32,556 nucleotides of DNA from Christensenella sp. UBA1262. GTDB taxonomy: Bacteria > Bacillota > Clostridia > Christensenellales > CAG-917. How positions within the stretch are numbered: the stretch's first letter is position 1; each line of letters begins with the position of its first letter. The stretch is from contig DBVO01000023.1 in assembly GCA_002308215.1 (NCBI GenBank), forward strand, positions 40,754 through 73,309. The letters are read 5' to 3'. This document shows, piece after piece, positions 10,001-22,000 of the stretch. The notes below the pieces were generated by a model, which was not told the DNA's origin, did not search any database, and worked only from the letters and a program-made list of their open reading frames with translations. The position numbers were made by a program, and so were the translations under genes.

Positions 10001-13000
10001 GTTAAAGATCCAAAGGGTCATTATGTAAGAAATGGTTTCACCTATAATGAAATTATTGAACAAATTTTAAGATTGCCAGCTCTTGCAGACATCCTTTCGA
10101 CAGCACTTCCTGTAGTTCGTTTCGGTGGTGAAAACTTTGTCTCAACAGAAACAGATGGTTCACTTACAGTTGGTGCATTGTTGCAACATCTTGGGCTTAA
10201 TGTATTCCTTGATTCCGCAATAGATGATGGTTTCTTAATTGATATTGGAATAAAGATTGATCTTGAAAAACTCGGTATCTTCGAAGAAGGAACAGACGAA
10301 TTAAAGGAAATTGATAAGATTCATATCACAGGTCCAAACATTTTGAGAGCAATAGAACTCAAGATAGAAGTTGACTTTGATTATGATAAAGCAAAACCAG
10401 CAAGTGAACACGCAAAAGTTGGTATTTACTTCGCAGATGGTGAACTCTTCCTTGACCTTTCAGGCATTGGCAGTGAAAAGATTAAGATTGAAGTTCAACC
10501 AATATTTGACTTGCTTGGATTTGATCTCTCAACATTTGATTTCTCCCTTGGATCAATCGTTGATACTGTAAAAGACGCACTTGCTTCTGCAGATGAAGAA
10601 GAGCCAGGCATTCTTGATGGTCTAGTTGATAGATTTACAGATGTCTCTGGTATTATTTCTATTGTCAACTCGGCAATTACTAGAATTCAACTTCAAGCAG
10701 AACAATGGGCAAAGAATCCATTACTCTACAAGATAAAAGACCTTAGTATCTTCTTCAGTGCAAACATTGTTAATGATTTGCTCTCACTTCTTGTTGGTGA
10801 TGAAATCTTCTTTGAATCATCTATTCTTGATGAGACACAAAGTGGTATCTTCTTCAACCTTGATGATGATTCATTCGCAGATGTTTATGCTGATGATATG
10901 TGGTCATTGAGACTCTTGTTTGCATTAGCAAACAAAGAAGATGTCAATGCTGACCCACTTGCAGAAGATAAGACATACAAGATTGATATTAAGCTTGGCC
11001 TCAACCTCGGTGTTCAATTTGAAAGCATTCAAACAGCAGAAAGCCTTGTTCCAAACAGCAAGAGACTTGAATTCATCAGCCTTGATGAATATCTTGAGAA
11101 TTTGCTTAATGTATTCAATGGCATCTACGAATGCACTTATGATGAAGAGACTGATCCAGCAGAAGATCAAATCTATTACACATTCTCAGAAAACAAAGCA
11201 GATGGCGATTACATTGTTAAGAACCGTACATTCCGCAAGATTATTCCAGGCGAAGGAATTGCCGAAGACACAATGCGTTATACACGTGGATTTGCACTTG
11301 TTAACAGCGGAATTGTGTATAATGTGAACTTCGTTCAAAATGATGAAGGCAACTATGAATATGATGCAGAAAATGATATTTATGTAGCGTACGCAGGCGC
11401 AGGCGCGAACAATAGATATAATGCTCAAATAGACGTAGCTCTTGGCGAGAATGTAAAGCTTTATAACAGAAATGATCTTGAAACATATACAGATCAAAAT
11501 ATTTCACTTAGCATAGCAGGTCTTATTTACTTCAATACTTCTGGTGTTGAAACATACAATATCGGCAACTTAGTGAGCAACCTACTTGGCGAAATGCTCA
11601 TGGAACTCAAGACTCTTGAGGCATTTAATAATGGTATTGGTTTCAAACTTAGCCTGAACCTTGACCTTGCAGCTATTGATTTTGGTGCACTTCTTGGTGG
11701 TGATTTTGATTTAATGGAATTCATCACAGAAAGTGACTTCACAAAGATTGAATTAGCACTCGAACTTATCGAACTTGATGAATATAATGCATTCAAGAAG
11801 ATTAGAAAGAGTGATGGAACTTTACAAGACAGAGTACTTGGCGGTATCTATATGAGCCATGGTTCACTCTACCTTGATGCAACAGAACTTGTTAATGTTG
11901 CTGAAAACTACTCAAGAATCGATAACTTTATGGATCTTGTAGCAGTTGTAATAGACAAAGGCAAGAATGCAATTGATTCTCTTAAGAACTTGTTTGGTGG
12001 CAGTGAAGAAGAAGCTCAAACCGCAGCTGAGAGTGAAGAAGAGATTCTTCATGATGCAATTCTCGCTCTTGTTTATAGCGATACAGCATTCCAAATTCAA
12101 ATCACACGTTCTATTATCTCACTTCTCATAGCATCAATTTTGCCAGATCTTGGTTCTATTGATGAAATCTTTGATATGTTTGATATTTCACTTAATATCA
12201 AGCATGGTGAAGAAGTCTTCTCAAAGATCTCTGACATTGAAGATGCAGAATTTAGAGCTAAGTTCGAAGACGAATATAAGGCTGATAAATATGCATATTT
12301 TGCAGATGAAGACTATAGCGAAGAAGATAATGTAAATGGTAAATATGCAGCAGCAAATATTGGTGGAATTGAAAGATATTTGCCAATTAATGTTTATAAA
12401 CTCTATCATGAGGAAACAATTGATGCTAAGACAGTAATGGTTGCCAATGAGAATAATGCGTTTATTGATGGTAAGACTAACTATATTACTTACAATGGCA
12501 CGTTCTATGAGGTAATCAATTTGCGCACAAGAAGAATTGGCTATGTCAAGGATCCAGATGTTGCTATTAGCGATGCATACTATCGTTCAACAAGATATTA
12601 CTCAAGACTTGATGAATTCTTTGTTGGCCTTGATATCGCAGTTGGCAGCATGAATCTCGGATTTGAAGTTGGTGGTATTTCCTTCGGCTTCGGCGCAGGT
12701 CAAACATTGCTTCCTGATTATATTAGAGACAGTAAAGCTCACACATATATTGACGAACATGGTGATGAGCTTGTTTACAATGCACTTGATCCAGATGCTA
12801 TTGAGCGTACTGAAGATTTGAGTACGAACCCATTCTATGACACAGTTATTAGAGTGGCATTCTCAGTAGAAATTGACTTCTCAATTACAGAAAGCATATT
12901 TGACTTCGGCAAGATATTACATAATATCTTGGGTGATATCAATGGCGTTGTATTTGAAGCTCCACATACAGCAAAGCATTTCTCTTCTGCACACTTCCGT

Positions 13001-16000
13001 CTTGATTTCAGTTTGATGTTAGATATGTATGACATCACAAATTCTGAACTCAAAGTAGAACTTATTGCTATTACTGAAACTGGCTATGAATCCAAGTGGC
13101 TCGGTCTTTACTATCTCAACAATGCACTCTATATTGATGCTGAAGAATTCTTCAACATCCCTAAAATTGCAATCAATGGTTTGAATATTAGAGACATGTT
13201 GTTCCAACTCATTGGTGAAGATATCTTCATTGACTGGGATGAAATCGGAGCATCTAGCGCAGAAGCTTTGGCTGCAGATGATGGCATTGATTTCAGCAAT
13301 AAAGAACTTGCTCTTGCAATTCTTATAAGTAAGAACAATCTTGCAATCGGTATTGGTGATAAGTTGTTTGACTATATCATTGGTCTTTTAACAGATCTTA
13401 CTAATATCGATTTCGAATCCATAATCTATACAGCAATTGATGGTAACTTGGCAGTAACACTCAATACAGAAGACGGTATTGATCTTGAAGCAGCTGCTGG
13501 CTTGAATATTGCTGGTGATAGATATAATGTCGTTGGTGATGTTGAAAATTATCATGATGAAATTCTTGCTAATTTGAAGAACGATAATGCTAAGTATTAT
13601 ATCTTCGAAGAAGAAGATCCAACACCTGGTTCACAAGCTGGTTATTATATTGAATCGGATAATGCTCAATATTATCGCGCGGTGACACCTGTTGATCCAG
13701 CAGGAAAGCGCTATGTGAGATATGAAGTTGTTCTCAACAACGCACAAGATTCATTCAAGAAGAGAATGGTTCTTGATCTTGATGAGAAGGGCATCCCACA
13801 ATATGGCCCAGAAGTTAATGTCCAAAATGCTGATATGGTATATGCATTAACAGAAGGCGATTCAGTTAATAAAGCATATGTCGCAGATGGCGGCAAATAT
13901 GATATTGACCTTAAGTTAGTACTTGGTATTCGCGATCTTGATGTACAATTCATCAATTCTAGAAACTATGCACTCACAGAGGAAGACCTTGATAAGTACA
14001 CAAGCCTCAATGACCTTGATCGTATTAGTCTCTCTGAAACAATTGAATTGGATGCAAGTTTGAAGAAGTCTGAAACAGATGAACGCGAAAACGATATCGA
14101 TCTTAGCGAACTCATCGAATACTTCTTGCCAGGTATAAGCAGTGAAGAAGTTATTACTTTGATTAGTGCAAGTTCAGATAGCGGAAAAGATGTTGACAGA
14201 AAGTTCTGGCTTACAGTAACAGTCGACATCCAACTTTCAGCACTCATGAACTATTTGCGTACAACTAAGTTTGATATGGGTACAGAAGAAGATCCAGATG
14301 CTATCACATATGTAACAAAACTTATTGATGGCATTAAAGGTTTGCTTGACGGAGGCTTTAGCCTTGATAAAGTATTGGATATTGTTCTTGACGTCGCAAG
14401 TTACATTGGTATTTCCATTGTAATTACAACACAAAACGGTCAAGAGAGAGAAAAAGGTATTGAACCTCACACAGTATTTGGTATTTATCTTGTCGGTGGT
14501 TCATATAAACTTATGTCTGCAAACGAATATGTTGAAGCTGATGATGATTATGTATCTCCAGACTTTAGATATAGCCATTACTATGAGAATAGTAAGGGTA
14601 GCTATATCTATGATGGACATAACTTTGTGTACAATCATGATCCAAATTATATTGGAACACGTTACTCATTTGACTCATCATATTGCTATAGAAACCCACT
14701 TGGCGAATATAAACGCGAAAATGGTGGTATCTATATCGACCTTAGCTATTTCAACCTCCCAAGCCTTGTTATTAACAGCAAGACAATGAGAAATCTCGTT
14801 GCAAATCTGCCAAACTTAATTGCAAGCTTTACTTCTAGCGACGCACAAGTAGCTGATGAGGATGAAGAAGAAAGCAGTGGTGGTCTTAGCCTTCCACTTA
14901 TTGATGATACTGTCAGTGAGTATCTAAAGACATTTATCTTTGGTCTTAGAATGACATCGTCCTACATTGCGCTTATGCTCAACCCAGACTATATTAACCA
15001 AATTTTGAAACTCATTGGTGGTGAAGACTTTACACTTCAATTTGGTTATGACTTTGTCAATAAGCCAGAAGTTAAGATTTATGCTGATAACCACAGATAT
15101 AAATATCTCAGCACAGATGAGATTTTAGCAGAAGTTAAGGCAGCAAAAGAAGCATATGATGTAGACCCAACTACAGAGAATCGTGATGCATGGCAACTAG
15201 CAGTTGCAGAAGTTGAAAAATTGTTCAACAACACAAGATATAGATTCACGGTTGAAAAAGTCGATGATATCGATGATGGTATGTATTGGATTGATGAGGA
15301 TGGCGCTTATGCATTGAAGACAGATATGACTGTTTCAGAGCGCAAGAATTATGATCGCGAAGTTGAAGCAGGAACCAAGTTCTATTACAACGTAAGCACA
15401 ATAGATACATACGTAAAAGTTGGTACAGATTATGTCAAATACGTTAATGCAACTACTGCTCAAATGAGAAGCGTGGAGAACAACGCACAACTATACTCAT
15501 TGTATGGTGTTACATTCCCACAACTCTATTTGCTCACAACAGATTATGAGCCAGTAGATGAAATTTTGGCAGCACAACTTTATTGTGTTGATGTTCTTGC
15601 AGAGCGCAACCCACTCATCGGTATCCAACTCTATCTCTGGAACTATGAAGTTGCACTCAATATCAAGATGCCAAACATTAAGGCTGATGAATTTATTTAC
15701 ATCACTGGCGCTGATGCAATTGCAGCTCACGTAGATGCTCCTATTGCTGCTCGTTATGCAACAGAAAGCAAAGAGCTTTTGACAGCAGTGGATAGAGTAC
15801 AAGATGGTCTCTATCAATGGAAAGCTGACTACTATACAGCAGATGCATTTGATGTAGTCAAGTACAATGCAAATCCACGTCAATATGAATATAAGAATAA
15901 GTACTACATTATCGATGGTACAACTCTCTGCACAATCGATACGGACAATAAGTACATCCCAGTTGGCGCACCAATTCCAGATTACATGTACGAAATTGCT

Positions 16001-19000
16001 GAGAATGGAGCAGTATATTATATTCATGTTCCAGATGAAGGCTACTTCAAACTTCAAAGATCATTCGTATATAGACTTACAAAATATGACCTTGATGGAA
16101 AGCGTCTATTGTCAGTTGAAGAAGCATCATCAAGCGAGTTTGAAGATCCAACATCATATTATGTACGTGACGTTCAAACTAGTGCAATTACAATCCCAGA
16201 TTTCTCAACATCAGCATATGACGCATATGCATATGATGATTTTATTGACACAGACGATGTATTCTATGTATCAATGAAACTCGCAGGAAGAATCGCATTT
16301 GAAGGCGGTAAGATGTACTTCGACTATGACAAGTACAGAACCCTTTATAATGCAGATCCACTTCATACACTTACACTTGGTCCAACAGATTTGGATATCA
16401 CAAACGATGAATGGGCAATGCTTAGATTGATCTCATTCAAGTACTTCCATGGTGACTATGTGCAAGTTACTGATAGAGCTGAAGCCAACCAACTTAAGAA
16501 AGACGGCGAACTCTTTATTTGGGCGAACTCAGAACTCGGCGAGAAATATGATGGTGTAAATGAACCATTGAACCAAGTTCTCAGCGGAATCCTTGGCAGC
16601 ATGCAAGGTTACTTCCAAGTCACAGAGAAGACTAAGATGGAAATCTTCTTCGAAATCAAACTCAATATGAGCTTTGAAATCAACTTTACACCAGCATTTA
16701 ACATCATCGTTCGTGACCTCGACCTTGCTATTGATGCTTGGGGTAGACAAGAAGATTTGAAGACAAATCCACTTACTACAGATGAAGATGATTATGAGTA
16801 TGTAACAGCAGAAGAAAGAAAGAACTATTCTGGCGAACTCTTCTATGGTTCATTGACTCACGTACTTGGCATCTACTATTCTAACGACCATGATACAGGC
16901 GAAGCTGGTCTCTATGTTGACCTTAGCTGGTTGCTTGGAAATGGTGGCAAGATCTACATTGATCTTAGCGAATATACAATTGAAGATGTTATCAGCGGAC
17001 TCGTTGGTGATTTGTTAGGAGGCAATTCAAGTGATGCTCTTGCAGCAGATGATGAGGTTGTATATCAATCTCCAGATGATGCATCACTTTATCTCAGCAT
17101 ATTCACAAATGCTCTTGCACTTGAGCTTTCAACAAGCTTCTTGAAGGTTCTTATTGCAGAACTTGCCCCAGATTCAGGCAATATTTTGGATATGCTTCCA
17201 AACGCAAAGATTTATCTCAAGCAAACACTCAATCCATATGATTTAACACTTGGCTTGTTGCTCTATAACGAAAAGGGCACAGTCCCAGTTTTGGATGTTA
17301 AGCTTCAAGTATTTGGTTTGAATGGTAATGGAACTGATGAATCTTCTTATGTCGATTTCGGTAGAGAAGAAGAATTCCGTGCTAGAGAGAATATTGAAGA
17401 ACCAAGCTACATCTTCTATTATGCAAACTTCTATAGTGATAACGAAAATGGTAACTTTGCAAAGAATGGCGTCTATAAAGGTTATATGCCAGCAAGCAAT
17501 GTTGATTTCACATTGAAGCCAGATGGAAACTATAAGAAAGTTGCAGATGAATATGTTGCTCTTTCTAGAGAAGAACTTACTTCTTATACTGGTGACAGAT
17601 ATGCAGCTAATGCATCTTATGAGAGACTCTCTCTTAGCGAGAAAGAATTCGTCCCAGTTCTTGAAAAGTCAAGATACGCTTATGGTTCAGTATGGCAAGA
17701 TCAATATAATGGATATCTCTATGATGTAAACGGCAACGTTCTCTTTGATAATCAACTTTACAGAGACATTGTTGATACAAGAGTGTTCCATGAATATACA
17801 GGTCCTCTATATATTATGAACGTGCACGAGAACAACAAGCTTGAATACGTTACAAAGCTTAATCTCACTGGCTTTACAGCTGAAGGCGATTTGCAATATA
17901 TTTTGAAGGATCAAGCACCTACTGAATTGGTCGACGCTTGTGTGGCAAATGGTATTGGCACTCTTACACTTAGAGGTGTTGAATGCTACCCAGTTGATTA
18001 CAATGGCGACGGAACTACAGATAGAGATGAAGCTGATCGTATCGCAAACAGCGTAACAGTTTACAAAGCAGTTCAAAACTTTACAGACTATACAAGAGTC
18101 GGAGCAATGAACCTCAATGATATTATTAATGGTATTTCTGGAGGCAACTTCGAAATAGCATCGTTGCTTGAAGGATTTGACACCTTTAATACAGTTGAAC
18201 TTAACCTTAACATCGACCTTGGTCTTAGACTTAAGGATGTTATCAACTGGACAAATATCATGACAGAGTTCATCGGCGATTCTGCTATAGCAGAAACAGT
18301 TTTCTTCCTTGCAACATCCTTGACAGCAGACGATCATTCATTCGAGAGTACAATTGGTCTTGATATAGCATTACATCTCTATATCAATGTCCAAAGCTTA
18401 CTCAATGCACTTATGGATGAGGATGGATTTGACCTCGTTAAAGGTCTTGAAGGATCCAAGATCTTCGCTGAAATCGTTTACAACACTAACTTCCATGGTG
18501 ATGATAAGCCAAAGATGAAGTTGTGGATAGAAATTGAAGATGGCAAGCTCAATGGTTATATTGACATGAAGGAAATTGGTGAGATTGTTGGTCTCGGTGA
18601 TTACTTCTCATATGGCCTTGTAGAAGGTGTTGATGTCAACAACCTCCTCAGCCAAGTTTCAGGTTTGCTTGGTGGACTTGGCTCAGCTTCAACAGAAGCA
18701 CTTGCGACTGCAGATGATGAAGAAATTGTTTCAACGGGTGTTCTTCCAGAAAACATTTGGAACATTGTTAATGCTATCATCGGTAGACTTCTTATCGCAG
18801 ATGACTTTGTAACAATCGGTCTTGATGAGAACCTCATGAACGGTCTTATCAAACTCCTCATTGGCGGCGACAATGATGACCTTGTTGACATCATTGCTCT
18901 CTTGCCACACCTTAGAACAACAAATGATAGAAATACATCAGGTATTACAATTAACTTCTATGGCACAGCTCCAACTATTGACCTTAACTTTGGTTGGGTA

Positions 19001-22000
19001 GTAGGAAAAGAATACGAGCTTGAAGTTTCTGAATATAATGCAAAATATGGTGTACATGGTTCTCAACACGATGGTGAAAATATAGTGGCGAACCAAGCAG
19101 GCATTGCATTTGATAGCGAAGGCAAAGTAATCGTTTCTACTAAGGAATATGCACTCAAAGGATTTGCTTATCCAAGTTGGGCTGGTGACAGCTATAAGTG
19201 GGATGGTGAAGAATTCGTTGTTGATGCAGCAGGTAAGTATTTGAAACTTGGTGACTTTAACTTGTTCGTAAGCATCTATGGATTGACAGCAGATGTCAAC
19301 AAACCATTCACTTATGGCACAGCACAAGAAACCATGATGAGAGATGAGTTTGATAACGATATTAGCGATCAATTCGTTAAGTTCGAAGATGCTCACTTTG
19401 GCATTGACCTTGCAATTGGTGTTGCAATTTATGGTAGCGGACCAGCTGGCGATGCAAATATTATTGATCTCAGCGAAATGCTTGACCTCATCCTTGGTCT
19501 CGTAGCTCCAAACAGCGCAATTTCTGGATCAACTCTTAGATTGAACATTGTTAACGAACTTGGTTATTCAGATCGTGACTTTGTAACACTTAATATCAAA
19601 GCATACATCTCTAATAACAAGTTTAATCTTGATCCTGCAAATGGTGAATTGTTTAACGTACAAGCAGCAATCACGCTTGTGCTCCACAGAGATTCTGGCG
19701 ACAAGATTCTCCTTGGCGCATATCTTGACCACGACAACGTATATCTTGATCTCAGCGAAATCCTTGGCGAAACAGCAAAGATCTCTATTACAAACCTTGG
19801 TGTTAATAAGCTTCTTGCTGAATTGTTGAGCGGCCTTGTTCAAGCAAACGATGCAAGCGAAGCAATGGCAGCAGGTGCTGATGAGATTGCTTATATCGAA
19901 AGCACAATGATGGATGTCCCATACGTCTTCATCAAGGTCAACCCAAGAAAGATCTTGCTCCAACTCAACGCAGACGTTGTCAACGCTGTCTATAAGAAGA
20001 TCATGGCAATCCGTGGACAAGAGCAAAAGAACCTTATCCCAGATATTGGTGACTTGATGCTTAAGTCATACACTGATGCAGATGGTACACACCTTAGCTT
20101 GAACCTTAGATTTAGTGATGGCTTCTATGCTTGCTTGTCTATCCCAACGCTCAAGCTCACAAAGGCAGCTCCATCAGGCCTCACAATTTCTGATGCAGAA
20201 AAACTTGAATATCAAGAAGCAATCACATCTGATGCATCAAAGGGTGGTCTCGTCGGTGGTGGAGACCTCGAAGTCAAACTTAGCACAATTGGTTTGCACC
20301 TCGGCATGAACATCACGATGACTTCTGAGAACCACTTAGAATCATCTGAGCCAGAACTCTATAATAAGAGCTTGTTTGGTTGGCTTGAAAAAACACTTGC
20401 ATCCCTCCTTAGCGGAACAGAAGCTGTAGGTAGTTTCGTTGCACTCTCTTCAGCTGAACTTGAAACATACACTGGTAAGCGCTATAAGATAGTTTATAAC
20501 GAAGATCCTCAAGGCTTATATAAGAAGAGTGGTAATAACTATGTAAGAATTGCTACAAGCACAAGTGAGTGGACAAGCACAACTCTTACAAGATATTCAC
20601 AATCTTACGTAGAAGATGAAGAAGGCACATACAAGTTTGTAATGGCAGATATGAGCTTCACATTCACATCTACGCCAATTGAAATCTTCATCGACCTCAA
20701 AGCTAACGTTAACTTGCCAGCAATTTTGCAATATGGTATTGCAGGTATCTTGTTCAGCGATTTGGCTCTTGAAATTAACATGGGCGCTCCAATTAATAAG
20801 ACGTTCATGAAGTTGTATTATCTTGGTTCTTCAAGACTTACAGATACACCAGCTGAAGGATTAAGACATCAACTTACTGCAACAGATACAGGCGTATATT
20901 CAGACGCAATCTATATTGATGCAACAGGTCTTGGACTTGGCAAGATTAAGTTCCAAGGTCTTGCAGGCCTCCTTGGTGCACAACCAGGCGGTCCAATTGC
21001 TGATGCACATACAGCATCTGAAGGAAATTCAGCAGCAGATCAAGCAGCGGCAGCAGCTGCACTCTTCCTTGAGATTAGTCTTGAGAATGGTAGAACATCA
21101 GTAACATTTGATAAGAGCCTCTTAGAGTTTGCTATTGGTCTCTTGAATCTTGATTTGCCATTCGATTTGCCAGATTTGCAATCTGTTGATTTGTCTCTCA
21201 TCTCTGATGGTGGCAACCTCAACGAAATTAACCTCAATGCACTTCTTGACACAGTCGGAACTGCAGCAAATATTCAAATCAAACCAATTACACTTGGTTT
21301 CGGATCAGGCTTCCTTGACAGAGAATCTCTTGTAGACGAAGTTAAGACAGGTTATGCTGGTATAACATACTCAAAGACAGCAGGTTTGTTCAGCCTTATT
21401 CAAAACGTTCTTGATGGATTGAATCCAGGTCTCTATATTGAAGTGCAAAACAACATCAGTGAATATGTTTCATCTGGTACAGGAAGTGTAACTTCATCAT
21501 CTGGTACTTCAAATGTTAAACTTAGACTTAACAAAGCATATAACGAAATCAAGAATGGTGAGAAACACTACATGTTGGCAGCAACTATTGTTGCAACTCA
21601 TCCAAAGGCAAGTAAGACTTTGAATGCAAGCTTGAACATCGGTTCAAACAACATTTACGTTACAGGCCTTGACTTCTTGAGTGGTCTTGGTGATGCAATC
21701 GTTGGTTGGTTGATCCCACTTGCTCTTGAAGATGACAACACTTCATTCATTGATAACTTGCTTACATGGGTAGATGACAATGGAAATGAGCAAAAAGGCT
21801 TAGTAAGAGGTATTGATGGTGATAATGGCACATGGTCATATCCAAAGAACACACCAGGCAGCAGTGGCGGCGGATCACAAGAAAAGATTGATGGTATCAA
21901 ACATACTGCTCCAGATGGAAAGACCGTAACATATAGCTATCCACTTGAACTCAAGAATCTTGTCAAGAAACTTGAAGTAAATCTCTTCAATAATAATGGA

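Noticed and set aside
17996-18037. Dockerin (cellulosome) module
   Set aside because: Only one Ca2+-loop is present. A dockerin needs two loop-helix repeats about 22 residues each. I retain it only as an EF-hand-like site.
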